Shown: positions 1-10,930 of the stretch, in pieces
Layout of the letters: each line of letters starts with the position of its first letter
Numbering within the stretch: the first letter of the stretch is position 1
From: an uncultured Chloroflexia bacterium
GTDB taxonomy: Bacteria; Chloroflexota; Limnocylindria; Limnocylindrales; CSP1-4
Reading direction: 5' to 3'
DNA: 64,000 bases
Assembly (NCBI GenBank): GCA_963724095.1
Contig: CAVRTH010000005.1
Location: forward strand, 648,155 to 712,154
Translations under genes and position numbers: made by a program
The notes under the pieces: model-generated
Seen by the model: only the letters and a program-made list of their open reading frames with translations
Database searches by the model: none
What the model was told of the DNA's origin: nothing

Positions 1-1
1 T

Positions 2-607
2 CTCATGCTGGTCACCCACGGCCACCATGATCATCTGGGCGCGATGCCGGGAGAGATCGCGGATGCCGATTCGCTGAAGATAGCCCGCCGGACCGCGCCG
101 GCCTGGCCAGCCATCCACGAGCTCAGCCTCTGGCTGGGAGCACAGGATACCGGGGCCGAGATCGTGGGCATGAACATTGGCGGATCGGTCGAGCTCCGAG
201 GCGTTCGAGTGAGCATGGTGAGCGCCGAGCACTCTGCGGGTGCCTGGCTGGCCGACGCCGGCGTCCCCCTGTACCTGGGCGAGCCCGTCGGCTTCGTCAT
301 CGCGCTGGAGAACGGCCGCCGGCTCTACCACGCCGGCGACACAGCCCTCTTCGGGGACATGCGGCTCATCGGGGAGATGCACCGGCCGGACGTCGCCTTC
401 CTGCCCATCGGCGGTCACTTCACCATGGACCCACCGGCGGCAGCGCGCGCCGTGGAGCTGCTTGGAGCGGCCACGGTCGTGCCCATCCACTACGGCACGT
501 TTCCCGTCCTGGCCGGCACACCCGACGAACTCCGCGAGGAGTTGGAGCACCTCGGCCTAGGCGATGTGCGCGTCCTGTCCCCCGATCCAGGAGTCGCTGT
601 CAGCTGA
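2..607 (+). CDS. MBL-fold metal-dependent hydrolase (UPF0173-like), N-terminus cut by window edge
   Basis: ORF 5..607. The HxHxDH motif (THGHHDHLG) sits at the very start, so the true start lies upstream of the window. Later GDT and HYGTFP motifs are typical of the family. Confidence 0.7.
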   Translation, partial: LMLVTHGHHDHLGAMPGEIADADSLKIARRTAPAWPAIHELSLWLGAQDTGAEIVGMNIGGSVELRGVRVSMVSAEHSAGAWLADAGVPLYLGEPVGFVIALENGRRLYHAGDTALFGDMRLIGEMHRPDVAFLPIGGHFTMDPPAAARAVELLGAATVVPIHYGTFPVLAGTPDELREELEHLGLGDVRVLSPDPGVAVS

Positions 608-706
608 ACGCCCGACCGGGCTCGTACTGATCCGGACTCCGAGGGCCAGCCCAGACCTTACATAGCGCTGACATCCGGTGCACCCGATGGCTGCTGGGGT
701 CCCGGT

Positions 707-1408
707 ATGCTCGCGCCTGTGAAGACCATCCTCGTCGTCGACGACGAACGCCACATCGTCGAGCTGGTGCGCCTCTACCTGGAGCAAGCGGGCTACAACG
801 TCGTCGAGGCGCGTGACGGCCAGGAGGCGCTCGACCAGCACGACCGCGTCGATTCCGACCTCATCGTGCTCGACTTGATGCTTCCCAAGCTTGACGGTAT
901 GGAGGTCACTCGTGAGGTTCGTCGGCGTGGCGAGACACCCATCCTCATGCTGACCGCTCGCAGCGAGGACATCGATCGCATCGTCGGTCTGGAAGTCGGC
1001 GCGGACGATTACCTGACGAAACCATTCAATCCACGCGAGATGGTGGCCCGCGTGAAGGCCATCCTGCGCCGTGCGGACCCCGCGCTTCGTGGCTCCCGAC
1101 CGATGGACGTGGGTGACTTGCGTGTGGACCCCCGGCGCCGTGAGGCTTACGTCGGTGAGCGGCGCCTCGCGCTGCGGCCGCGCGAGTTCGACCTGCTGGC
1201 CGCGCTCGCGCGCGACCCCGGGGTGGTTTGGAGCCGTGACGACCTGTTGTCCTCGGCCTGGGGTACCGACTTCCCTGGCGAGACACGAACGGTCGATGTC
1301 CATGTGTCCGAGCTGCGCCGCAAGCTGGGTGACGATGCCCCGCCGATCGAGACCGTCAAGGGCGTAGGCTACCGACTCGTGCCGCCGCCGCGAGCGCGGC
1401 ACGGGTGA
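707..1408 (+). CDS. OmpR/PhoB-family response regulator
   Basis: Receiver domain (ILVVDDE...DLIVLDLMLPKLDG...TA). Winged-helix output domain (LRPREFDLLAALA...VDVHVSELRRKL...VKGVGYRL). The stop overlaps the kinase start (GTGA at 1405-1408). Confidence 0.92.
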   Translation: MLAPVKTILVVDDERHIVELVRLYLEQAGYNVVEARDGQEALDQHDRVDSDLIVLDLMLPKLDGMEVTREVRRRGETPILMLTARSEDIDRIVGLEVGADDYLTKPFNPREMVARVKAILRRADPALRGSRPMDVGDLRVDPRRREAYVGERRLALRPREFDLLAALARDPGVVWSRDDLLSSAWGTDFPGETRTVDVHVSELRRKLGDDAPPIETVKGVGYRLVPPPRARHG

Positions 1409-2919
1409 AGACGCTCCGGGGTCGCATCGGTCTGGCCCTGCTGGTCTTCGGGCTGATCACGCTGGTCGCCATGGGCGGCGCGGTCTGGGTCTCTCTTCGC
1501 GACCTTCATCGGGACGCCGCGCAGGGTGCCCTGGCGGAGCTGACGATCCCGTATGCGGTTCGCGCCGGCCAGCAGATCCCGATCGACGCCCTGCGGCGGA
1601 GGGAGCCCGACCAGCGACTTGCGGCTGACACCATCGAGCGCTTCCGTAACAGCCTCGCCGGCCGCCAGGGAGCGGCCCAGTTGACCGCCTTCGTGCAGGA
1701 GGCCCAGGACGAGATCGACGCAGCCGGCATCGCCGTCATGCTCATCGCCGACGGTCAGGTGGTGGTGCGATCGCCTGATAGCGGCCAGATCGAGACGCTC
1801 GAGGCAGCCCCTGATATCCGTCTTCCCGAGAGCGGCGGTGAGATCGTCACTGGCACCATGGAACTCGGAGGTGGCGGGCCCATGCTCTACGCGGCGACTT
1901 CGGTTCGAGGGCCGCGAGCCGAGCGCATCCTCCCGGCCCTGGTGCTGGCGCGCGAGGATGACTCGGCGGCACTGGCCACCGGCGACCTGATGCGCGCCCT
2001 TACGTTGGCCGCCCTCGTGCTCGTCGTCATCGGCATCCCCCTCGCCCTGAGCCTGAGCCGGTCCGTCACCAGGCCCCTCCGGCGCTTGGCGACCGCCACC
2101 GGCGCGATCGCGTCCGGCGAGATCCCCGAAGAACTTCCCACCACTGGGCCGATCGAGGTTGCCGAGGCCAGTGCTGCCTTCAACGCCATGGCCGCCGAGG
2201 TGGGCGCCACGCGCGAAGCTCAGCGCCAATTGCTTGCCGATATCCGCCACGACTTGCGCACGCCACTGACGGTGATCGGCGGCTTCAGCCAGGCGCTCCG
2301 CGATGGCACCGCCACCGGGACAGCCGCTGATCGAGCTGCCGACGCCATCTCTGACGAGGCTGAGCGCCTGGGGCGCATGCTTGACGATCTTGACCACCTG
2401 ACGATGCCTGGTGTCGCCGGGCCGCCGCTTCGGCTCGAGACCATCGACGCGTTGGAGGTCGCGCAGGGCGCCGTGGAGCGCTTCCACGCCGAGGCTGAGA
2501 GCCGCGAGCAGATCCTGACCTTGGACGCCGGCGCCACGAGCGCCACGCTCGTCGCCGATCGGGATGCCCTCGACCGCATCATGGGTAACGTCATCGCCAA
2601 CGCCCTGACCTATGCTCCATCGCCGGGCGGGCACATCGTCGTCGAGGTCAGCCAGGTCAGGGCCGTCGTCACGCTAGCTGTTCGGGACGACGGTGCCGGC
2701 ATCCCGGCGCCCGCCCTGCCCCATGTCTTCGACCGCTTCTACCGGGCCGACCCGTCGAGGGCGCGTCGCGGTTCCGGGCTGGGACTCGCGATCGTTCGCG
2801 ACCTCGCCCGGGCCCTGGGGGGCCAGGCATTCGCCGAGAACCTCGCCCGGGGCGGCGCCCGGGTCGGCGTGACACTCCCCGCGAACCTGGCGTTCCGGGG
2901 GCCGCAGCCCACGGCATGA
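1405..2919 (+). CDS. Sensor histidine kinase (TM-sensor-TM-HAMP-HisKA-HATPase)
   Basis: H-box ADIRHDLRTPLTVI, N-box GNVIANALTYAP, G-boxes RDDGAGIP and GSGLGLAIV. Two hydrophobic segments flank a roughly 170-aa sensor region. Confidence 0.9.
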   Translation: MKTLRGRIGLALLVFGLITLVAMGGAVWVSLRDLHRDAAQGALAELTIPYAVRAGQQIPIDALRRREPDQRLAADTIERFRNSLAGRQGAAQLTAFVQEAQDEIDAAGIAVMLIADGQVVVRSPDSGQIETLEAAPDIRLPESGGEIVTGTMELGGGGPMLYAATSVRGPRAERILPALVLAREDDSAALATGDLMRALTLAALVLVVIGIPLALSLSRSVTRPLRRLATATGAIASGEIPEELPTTGPIEVAEASAAFNAMAAEVGATREAQRQLLADIRHDLRTPLTVIGGFSQALRDGTATGTAADRAADAISDEAERLGRMLDDLDHLTMPGVAGPPLRLETIDALEVAQGAVERFHAEAESREQILTLDAGATSATLVADRDALDRIMGNVIANALTYAPSPGGHIVVEVSQVRAVVTLAVRDDGAGIPAPALPHVFDRFYRADPSRARRGSGLGLAIVRDLARALGGQAFAENLARGGARVGVTLPANLAFRGPQPTA

Positions 2920-2926
2920 TGGGAGG

Positions 2927-4582
2927 GTGAACCACCCGCTCGAACCGGCCACCGTCCCGGCTCGCACCGTCCGCGGTCGTCATGGTGCGGTCGCCAGTCC
3001 GCATCACCTCGCGACGCAGGCCGGCATGCTTGCCCTGCGTACTGGCGGCAGTGCCGTCGATGCCGCCATCGCCACCAACGCCGCTTTGTCCGTGGTCGCC
3101 GGCCACAGCTGCGGTCTGGGCGGCGATGCGTTCTGGATCATCTGGGATGCTGAAGCGAACGAGGCAGTCACGCTCAACGGAAGTGGACGAGCCGGAGGCG
3201 GGGCCACCATCGAGGCGGTCACCAGGGCCGGCAACGTGAACATGCCGGAACGTGGCCCCTGGTCCATCACCGTGCCTGGTGGTGTGCACTCGTGGGGTGC
3301 GGCGCATCGACGCTTCGGGCGACTCGATTGGCGCTTCCTGCTGGCGCCGGCCGTCGACCTGGCCGCCGGCTTCCCGGCGTCGGCTGGCTGGATCGATGCG
3401 GTCGAGCGCTCCGCAAGGGTATTCGGCATCCGGGGTGACTGGGCACGCGTGTACCGGCCCGCTGATCGCGCCACCCGACCCGGAGAGGTCGTCCGCCTGC
3501 CAGCCCTGGAGCGGACGTTACGAGCACTGTTGGCCGAAGGCCCCGACGCGGCGTACTCGGGATCCGTGGCCAAGGCGACGGCGGCCTACTTCGAGTCCCG
3601 TGGCGTGCCCATCGACGCTGCTGACCTGGCCGCACACGCCTCCGACTGGGGGTCGCCGTTGTCGATCGACTATCGCGGCGTCACCTCACTGAGCCACCCA
3701 CCCAACAGCGTCGGCGTGGTGGCGCTCCAGACCCTGGGGATGCTGGGCCGGTTGCGCGCGCCGGAAGCCGCCGACTTCGACGGACGGGGCTGGGCCGATG
3801 CCGACTGGATCCATCTTGGGCTCGAGGCCTCTCGCCTGGCTCTCGGCGAGCGTGACGCGCACGTGACCGACCCCTCGCACATGTCCGAGGGCGAGGTGGG
3901 CGAGATGCTTTCCGAGGCCCGGCTCGATGAGCTTGCCGCGCGCATCGATCGGACGCGCGCGCTCCCGCCGGGGCCCGGGACGTTGCCCCGCGGCGGCGGG
4001 ACCGTCTACATCACCACCACCGACCGGTGGGGCAACGCCGTGAGCCTGCTCGAGTCCAACTACCAGGGCTTCGGGTCAGGTCTCGTCGATGCCGCGACCG
4101 GGATCGCCTTCCATGACCGCGGCGCGTTCTTCCGACTCGATCGGGGACACCCCAATGTGCTGGCGCCCGGGAAGCGGACCACGCATACGCTGGCACCGGG
4201 CATGCTGCTGCGTGAAGGGCGTCCGTGGATCGTGCACGGTTCCATGGGCGGGGAGATCCAGCCACAGGTCTTCGCCCAGTTCGTCTCGGCAGTCACCGAC
4301 GGCGGCGCAGACGTCGCCACGGCCGTGGCAGCCCCGCGCTGGGCAGCCATGATGCAGACGCAGCACGGACCGCCGGACCTGACCGAGTTGGAGTCACGTG
4401 TGCATGCGGATATCCCCAGCGCCCTGGCCGCGATGGGGCACAAGGTGGTCATGCGGGAGCCCTGGAGCTCCTCGATGGGTCATGCTCACGCGATCGAGAT
4501 CGTTCGTGACGGTGTTGGCGATGTGCTTTCCTACGCTGCCAGCTCCGACCCTCGCTCGGAGGGATCGGCCGTGGCGTGGTGA
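2927..4582 (+). CDS. ggt: Gamma-glutamyltransferase family protein
   Basis: 551 aa. Family motifs seen by eye: GGSAVDAAIA, GGGTVYITTTDRWGN (Thr nucleophile region), GSMGGEIQPQ. GTG start 8 nt after the kinase stop, with a GGGAGG RBS. Confidence 0.85.
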   Translation: MNHPLEPATVPARTVRGRHGAVASPHHLATQAGMLALRTGGSAVDAAIATNAALSVVAGHSCGLGGDAFWIIWDAEANEAVTLNGSGRAGGGATIEAVTRAGNVNMPERGPWSITVPGGVHSWGAAHRRFGRLDWRFLLAPAVDLAAGFPASAGWIDAVERSARVFGIRGDWARVYRPADRATRPGEVVRLPALERTLRALLAEGPDAAYSGSVAKATAAYFESRGVPIDAADLAAHASDWGSPLSIDYRGVTSLSHPPNSVGVVALQTLGMLGRLRAPEAADFDGRGWADADWIHLGLEASRLALGERDAHVTDPSHMSEGEVGEMLSEARLDELAARIDRTRALPPGPGTLPRGGGTVYITTTDRWGNAVSLLESNYQGFGSGLVDAATGIAFHDRGAFFRLDRGHPNVLAPGKRTTHTLAPGMLLREGRPWIVHGSMGGEIQPQVFAQFVSAVTDGGADVATAVAAPRWAAMMQTQHGPPDLTELESRVHADIPSALAAMGHKVVMREPWSSSMGHAHAIEIVRDGVGDVLSYAASSDPRSEGSAVAW

Positions 4583-4640
4583 CGGATGCCCTCGGTATAC
4601 TCGAGGCTGGCCATGCGGCAGCCCCAGGAGTGATGATCAC

Positions 4641-4931
4641 GTGAGTTCGAACATCAGTCAGAGCTACCCCTACAGCAGTGAGTCCGAGGAAGCCCGCTCC
4701 GCCGCGATCAGCCACGCTCTGGCTGCCGATGAAGGGCTGGAGGACCGGTTGGCTGCCGAGTCCAAACCACTTGGCGAGGTCGCGCCGGCCGATCACGGTG
4801 CACCGGTGAAGTGGTGGACCTGGGTCTGCCCAGCATGCGTGGAGGGGCGCCTCCACGTTGCCGGCTACGCGAGGGACCGGCACGCGCTCTACACCGTCTG
4901 CGACAACTGCGGCAAGACCTTCCTGCGCTGA
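4641..4931 (+). CDS. Small hypothetical protein with C-terminal zinc-ribbon (CPAC...CDNCG)
   Basis: GTG at 4641 lies 10 nt after AGGAG. The C-terminus WVCPACVEG...YTVCDNCGKTF has two CxxC pairs. I recognise no family. Confidence 0.4.
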   Translation: MSSNISQSYPYSSESEEARSAAISHALAADEGLEDRLAAESKPLGEVAPADHGAPVKWWTWVCPACVEGRLHVAGYARDRHALYTVCDNCGKTFLR

Positions 4932-5131
4932 CCCCGGTGCGCCCCTGCCGGCTCCACACGGGACCCCGCACACGAGCCCGACTCGGGGATCCGGGATGTC
5001 TCGAGGTCGGCCAGGCAGCGTGGGAACAGACGCGCCGTCGCTCCTCGTAGACAGACCAGCGTGCCCTTGTGGGGGGTGTTCCTCACATCGGCAAGTCCAT
5101 GGTCTGGGCGGACGAACGGTACGATGCTCGA

Positions 5132-6064
5132 ATGCGGCTACGAACGGGTCTGCTGCGCGATCCAGCACGGCTGCTGGCGATCCTCATCCTCGTGGTCTGC
5201 GGTGCGGCCATCGTGGCCTGGATCGTGGCGCGTGGGGACCTGGTGGGAGCTGATGCCCGGGCCTACTGGGGCGGGGTTCGGCTGTGGCTCGGTGGCGGTG
5301 ACCCGCTCGATCCGCCTCCTCCGTACATGCCCTATGTCTACTGGTCTTGGTCGTTGCCCCTCTTCACCCCTTGGGCGGCGCTGCCGTGGGAGACGGCCTG
5401 GTTCGTCTATCGCGCCTTCAGCGCCATCATCTTCGTCTGGAGTGCGGCCTGGGCATACCGCCAACACCCGCTGGCCACGGCGCTGGTCGTGCTCGCTATC
5501 ACCCCCGCCCTGGCCACCACGCTCGATACCGGCAACATCACGCTGCTCTGCGCCATGGGGATCTGGGCGGCCCACTTCAGCGGCCCACGTCTGGGTGGCT
5601 TCATGTGGGCACTGGCCGCGGCGCTCAAGTGGTTCCCGGCCCCCCTGTTCCTGATCCTGCCGCCTCGAGCGCGGTTGTGGGGCATCGCCTGGGTGGGCCT
5701 CTTCGGCATCCTCACCCTGGCCGTATGGCCCGAGGTCGTGCGTCAATTGGAACTCGTCATCACCTTCCCACGTCCACTGCGGATCGACTACTTCCTGCTC
5801 ATCTGGGCGGCGGTGCCGTGGCTGTGGGCCCACCCGCGCTGGTTCGAGTGGCGCACCTGGGGCCAGCAGGCGGCTGAGATCCGCGCGATCGTGAGGGATG
5901 CGCTCGGGACCTGGTGGCGTTCGCCACGGCGACTCGCCAGCGCCTGGGGCGCCAGCCTCCGTCAGGCGCGCCATTTCCTGGGACTCGATCCGTCCGACCG
6001 CGACCTCGACGCTCGATCATCCTCCGAACCCCCGGCCGAGCCGACAGAGGTCGCGCCCCTCTGA
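5132..6064 (+). CDS. Polytopic membrane protein, GT87/DUF2029-like glycosyltransferase
   Basis: Multiple TM segments and a W/P-rich loop pattern (PLFTPWAALPWE, LKWFPAPLFL) typical of GT87-type mannosyltransferases. TACGAT at 5120-5125 lies 6 nt before the ATG, so the mRNA may be leaderless. Confidence 0.55.
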   Translation: MRLRTGLLRDPARLLAILILVVCGAAIVAWIVARGDLVGADARAYWGGVRLWLGGGDPLDPPPPYMPYVYWSWSLPLFTPWAALPWETAWFVYRAFSAIIFVWSAAWAYRQHPLATALVVLAITPALATTLDTGNITLLCAMGIWAAHFSGPRLGGFMWALAAALKWFPAPLFLILPPRARLWGIAWVGLFGILTLAVWPEVVRQLELVITFPRPLRIDYFLLIWAAVPWLWAHPRWFEWRTWGQQAAEIRAIVRDALGTWWRSPRRLASAWGASLRQARHFLGLDPSDRDLDARSSSEPPAEPTEVAPL

Positions 6065-6092
6065 TCGGGGGGGCGCGACCTCGACCCCCGGC

Positions 6093-9000
6093 TCAGCGCT
6101 CGTGACGAACGTTGCTCCAGCTCTCGCGTGCGGCAGGACCGAGGACGTACCCGCGGTAGGCCTGCTGAAAGCCCAGGCCGACCAGGCGATCACGCTGACG
6201 CGACTGATCGATGGCATCACCATCGATCCGTTCGAGCTGCAGCCGCTTGAGGCGCCCGTCGCTGAGCAGCGATCGCAGGGCCCCCACCGCGGCTGCGCCC
6301 GTGGCCGGCTCGTCGAAGGGAGCAAAGGTCAGCAACGACTTGCCGCCGCGCTCCAGGTAGACGACCAATTCGCCGTCATGGAGGACGACATACGCGCCGG
6401 CGACACGGCTGGGGGAGCGCCCCTTTCGCGCTTCATCACGTGGCCATCCCAGGGTCGCCCCGTACGGATTGGCGGGATCGGCCGCTGCCAGCAGCACCGT
6501 CCCGGCATGGCCGCTGACGGACTCCCCTGCCTGGCGCCGCATCGAGCGCAAGCGGTCGACAGCCCCCGCGGTGCCGAACTGCGCACCTCCGAGTCCCTCG
6601 ATGAAGTAGCCCCGCCGTACGCCTCCGCGTTCCTCCATCTCGCGATATACGGGGTAGATCGCCCCGAACCCGCCACGGATGCCCTCGGCCGCGACCGTGT
6701 CGCGGACGACCACGCCGTGGCGCTCCAGCAGACTGGTCGCCAGGGCAACCCGCTGTTGGGTGCCGTTGGGTTCGCCACCAGCGCCGACTGCTGCAGATGC
6801 GCTCAAGGTGTCCGCCACGAGCGACCAGCGGCCGGCTGCCTCGGGCGGTCCCATGTGCATCACCGACCGGGCACGCGGCCGAGCCGCACGCCGGTTGCCG
6901 CCGCCGCGACGGGGCCAACGCAGAGCGCGCAGCGGAGCGAAGGTGTCGTTCGTCACTTCGCCGGCCCAGACGAGGTCCCACAGTGCGTCGAGCATCTGGC
7001 GTTCGGTGGGCCGTCGCTGCGCACCCGCCCCGGCGGCCACGAATGCCGCAGCGAGCAGCTCACGGTAGAAGGACGCACCGCGCGTGCGCAGTTGAGCGCG
7101 AACCGCATCGTGGAGCCAGCTGTGCGTCGTCTGAGCATCCGGGACTCCGGCCGTCCAGGCGGGCAGCAACAAGGCGAGCCGATCAGGACGGTAGATGGCG
7201 ACGCGCCCGTCATCCCGCCCCAGGCTGCCAGCCCCGACCCACACGACCTCCCCCGCCGCGCCCAGCTCGTCGAGCATCTGGGGCGTATAGCCAGCGACCC
7301 TGGCGGGCAGCACGTCGCGCTCGAGAACGCTCGCGGGCAGCGGCAGGCCCTCCAGCTGGCCGATGACCTCCGCCAACCGCTCCAGCCCGCCAACACGGCC
7401 GCCGACTCCCTGCCAGGCCGGCAGGAAACGCGCCAGGGCCGCCGGCTCCAACGGCTCGATCTCACGACGCAGTCGTGCCAGGGACCGTCGCCGAACCAGC
7501 CGCAGGACCTCCGGGTCGCACCACTCCCGTTCGACACCAGCAGGCCGGAACTCGCCACGCAGCAGCACGCCGTCCGCCATCAGCCTCTCCAGTGACGCCT
7601 CCACGACAGCGCGCGGCGCGTTCCAGCGAGCCGCCGGGTCCTCGGTGTGGAAAGGCCCATGACTGCGCGCCCAGCGCGCCAGCAGGGAACCGAGCGGATC
7701 CAACGCTGCCGTCGTGTACTGCTCGGCTACCCCGGGCGGCGTCACGACGCCCACGGCGTCGCGGTAGCGTCCCACGTCCTCGGCTGCGATCCAGCGGTCT
7801 TCGCCGGCGATGCGAACGCCGACCGCACGGCGATCCGCTACCAGCACTTCCAGCCACTCGCGGGCAGCAGCAGCGCGCGCCCGCGCATCCGGCCCGCGGA
7901 CGCGCGCTGCGATCTCAGCCGAGCCGAGGTCGCCGAGTCTGCGCAGGAGATCATGGACCTGGTCGGCCGTAGCAGCGGCCCGTTCTTCGGTCAGCGCCTG
8001 CAACTCCAGCTCGATCTGGGCCAGCGCGTCGGCGTCCAGCAGCTCTCGCAGCTGTTCGGCGCCGAGCAGCTCACGCAGCAGGTCACGGTCGAGCGTCAAT
8101 GCCTGCGCGCGGCGATCGAGCAGCGGCGCATCGCCCTCGTACATGTAGGTCGCGATGTAGTCGAAGAGCAGGGACGACGCGAAGGGTGAAGCGCGAGAGG
8201 TCTCTACGCTGACGACGCGAATCTCGCGTCTCTCGATGGCAGCGAGGATGTTCCGCAACGCAGGCAGGTCGAAGACGTCGCTGAGCACCTCGCGATAGGT
8301 CTCGAGGATGATGGGGAACGACCCGTAGCGACTGGCCACGGACAGCAGCTGCGATGCCCGCTGGCGCATCTGCCACAGGGGCGTGCGCTGCCCTGGCCGG
8401 CGCCGGGGCAGCAGCAGGGCTCGGGCAGCGTTCTCACGAAAGCGGCCTGAGAACAGGGCCGAGCTGCCGACCGTCTCGGTGACCAGCTCGTCGATCTCAT
8501 CGGCGCCGATGAGCACGGCCTCCTCTGCCGCCTGGGCGACCGACCGGGCATCGCCGCCGCCGTCCTCCGTGCCCTCCACCGCGGGCAGGCGGATGACGAT
8601 GCCGTCGTCCGACCAGATCGGCTGCACCTCCACTCCCCGCGCTTCGCGCAGGCGGCGTTCGATGGCGAGGGCCCAGGGTGCGTGAACGCGTGCTCCGAAG
8701 GGCGTCAGCAGACACACGCGCCAGTCACCCAGCTCATCGCGGAACCGCTGCAGCACCACTGTCGTGTCGGTCGGGAGGACCCGCTGACCTCGCGTTCCTC
8801 TTCGAGGTAGCCAAGGACGTTGTCTGCCGCCATCTCATCGAGGTCGTGCTGCTCTCGAAGCCGCTTGGATGCCCGCGCCCGACCCTCACGTCCGGAGTCG
8901 GCCAACTCCGAGATCTCCCGCGTGAAGGCGCCCAGCGCCCGTCCCAGCTCCACCGGGCGACCGACACCGTCGCCCTTCCAGAACGGCACCTTCCCGGCCT

Positions 9001-10819
9001 CACCGGGGGCAGGCGTCACCAACACCCGGTCGTGCTCGATCGACTCGATGCGCCAGGCACTGGCGCCGAGCAGGACGACGTCGCCCTCGCGTGACTCATA
9101 CACCATCTCCTCGTCCAGCTCACCGACCCGCCGACCACCACCGCGGGCGGAGCGTGCCCTGCTGTCAGCTGCTTCAGTGGCTGGACCGTCAGCGGCGAGG
9201 AACACCGGAAAGAGTCCCCGGTCAGGGATGGTGCCAGCGGACGTCACCGCCACCGTCCTCGCGTCCCGCCGTGCCTGGATGGTGCCGGCCACGCGGTCCC
9301 ACACGATGCGCGGCTTCAAGTCAGCGAACTCGTCCGCCGGGTACTGCCCGGCCAGCATCGCCAGCGTCGCCTCGAAGGCGTCTCGTCCAAGGTCGGCGAA
9401 GTTCTCCGCCCGGCGGACCACCGAGTACAGCTCATCGGACGACCAGGTGTGGTCGATGGTCATGGCCACCAGCTGCTGGGCCAGCACGTCGAGTGGATTA
9501 CGTGGCAAGACCGTCGGTTCGATGGCGCCTTCTCGCATCAGCCGCGTGACCACGGCCACCTCCAGCAGGTCGCCACGGTACTTGGGAAAGATGATGCCGC
9601 GGGAGGGCTCCCCCACCCGGTGCCCGGCGCGGCCCACTCGCTGCAGGCCGCGTGCCACCGACAGCGGCGACTCCACCTGGATGACCAGGTCCACCGCACC
9701 CATGTCGATGCCGAGCTCCAGGGACGAGGTGGCCACGATGGCCGGCAATGTGCCCCGCTTGAGCTGCTCCTCGACGAGCAGGCGCTGCTCGCGAGCGAGC
9801 GAGCCGTGGTGCGCCCGAGCCAGGTCCTCCCCGGCCAGCTCGTTGAGGCTGAGCGCGATCCTCTCTGCCAGACGCCGGCTATTGGTGAAGACGATGGTGC
9901 TCCGATGCGCACGGATGAGCTCAAGGATGCGGGGATAGACCGAGGGCCAGATGCTGGTGCGTGCGGCGGGGCTGCCCAGGGGCCCGCCGGGCGATTCCTC
10001 CAGCGGGATGTCCTCACCCAACCGACCCATGTCCGCGACCGGGACGACCACGCTGAGTTCGAGCGCCTTGTGCACGCCGACATCCACGATCGTCACCGGC
10101 CGGGACGAAGCTGCGCCGCCGCCCTCGGGGACGGGCAGCCGACCTCCGAGGTACGAAGCCACGGTCGACAAGGGGCGCTGCGTCGCCGACAACCCGATGC
10201 GCTGTGGCGGACGCGTCGTCAGCGTCTCGAGGCGCTCCAGCGAGAGTGCCAGGTGTGCGCCACGCTTGGTGCCCGCGAGCGCGTGGATCTCATCGAGGAT
10301 GACCCAGCGGACGTTGTGCAAGGCCGCGCGTGCCTGTGATGTGAGGATGAGGTAGAGCGACTCGGGCGTGGTGACCAGGATGTCAGGGGGCTTCTTGCCG
10401 AAGGCCCGGCGCTCAGCGGCCGGCGTGTCACCCGTGCGCATGCCGACTCGAACCTCGCGTGTCGTCGACCCTGAGCGCCCGGCCGCAAGTGCGATACCGG
10501 CCAGCGGGGCGCGCAGGTTGCGGTCGACGTCGTGGACCAGCGCCTTGATGGGCGACACGTACAGCAGGCGCAGGCGATCCTGGGCGTTCGCTGGCGGCTC
10601 TTCGACAAGAAGCTGATCGATACAGAACAGGAAGGCTGCCAGGGTCTTGCCACTGCCGGTCGGCGCACAGATGAGCGAGTGTTCGCCGGCCGCGATGGCG
10701 GGCCAGCCCTGCGACTGCGCGTCCGTGGGCGCGGGGAACGAGGCCGTGAACCAGTCACGCGTGGCCGCCCCGAAGACGGCGAGCGGGTCAAGCGGGGCGG
10801 TACGGTGGGAGCGTGGCAC
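6093..10819 (-). pseudogene. lhr: ATP-dependent helicase Lhr, reading frame broken once near 8775-8785
   Basis: ORF 8705..10819 is the DEAD/DEAH helicase core (CAPTGSGKT, DEIH, SAT, QRVGRAGH). ORF 6093..8759 is the Lhr C-terminal region. The peptide continues as ...LEEEREVSG | LPTDTTVVLQRFRDELGDWRV after a 1-nt shift in a GGG/CC run. Confidence 0.85.
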
Positions 10820-10930
10820 GGGAGCGGAATCCTACCATCGCGCCTGACCATTAGCACATGCGTTCTACCGGCCGCGCCGCACGCGCCCGGGCGGCGCTCA
10901 CTATCCTCGACGGCAGGAGGGACGACACCG

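Noticed and set aside
5898-7595. Very long ORFs antisense to, or out of frame with, recognised genes. Examples: 5898..7595 +, 8820..9938 +, 1369..2634 -, 17863..19308 +, 19008..20981 +, 43630..44931 +, 59220..60227 +, 23362..24468 +.
   Set aside because: Their translations are Arg/Pro/Gly/Ala-rich low-complexity strings with no family motifs. Each lies opposite or overlapping a gene with clear conserved motifs. They are typical shadow ORFs of GC-rich DNA.
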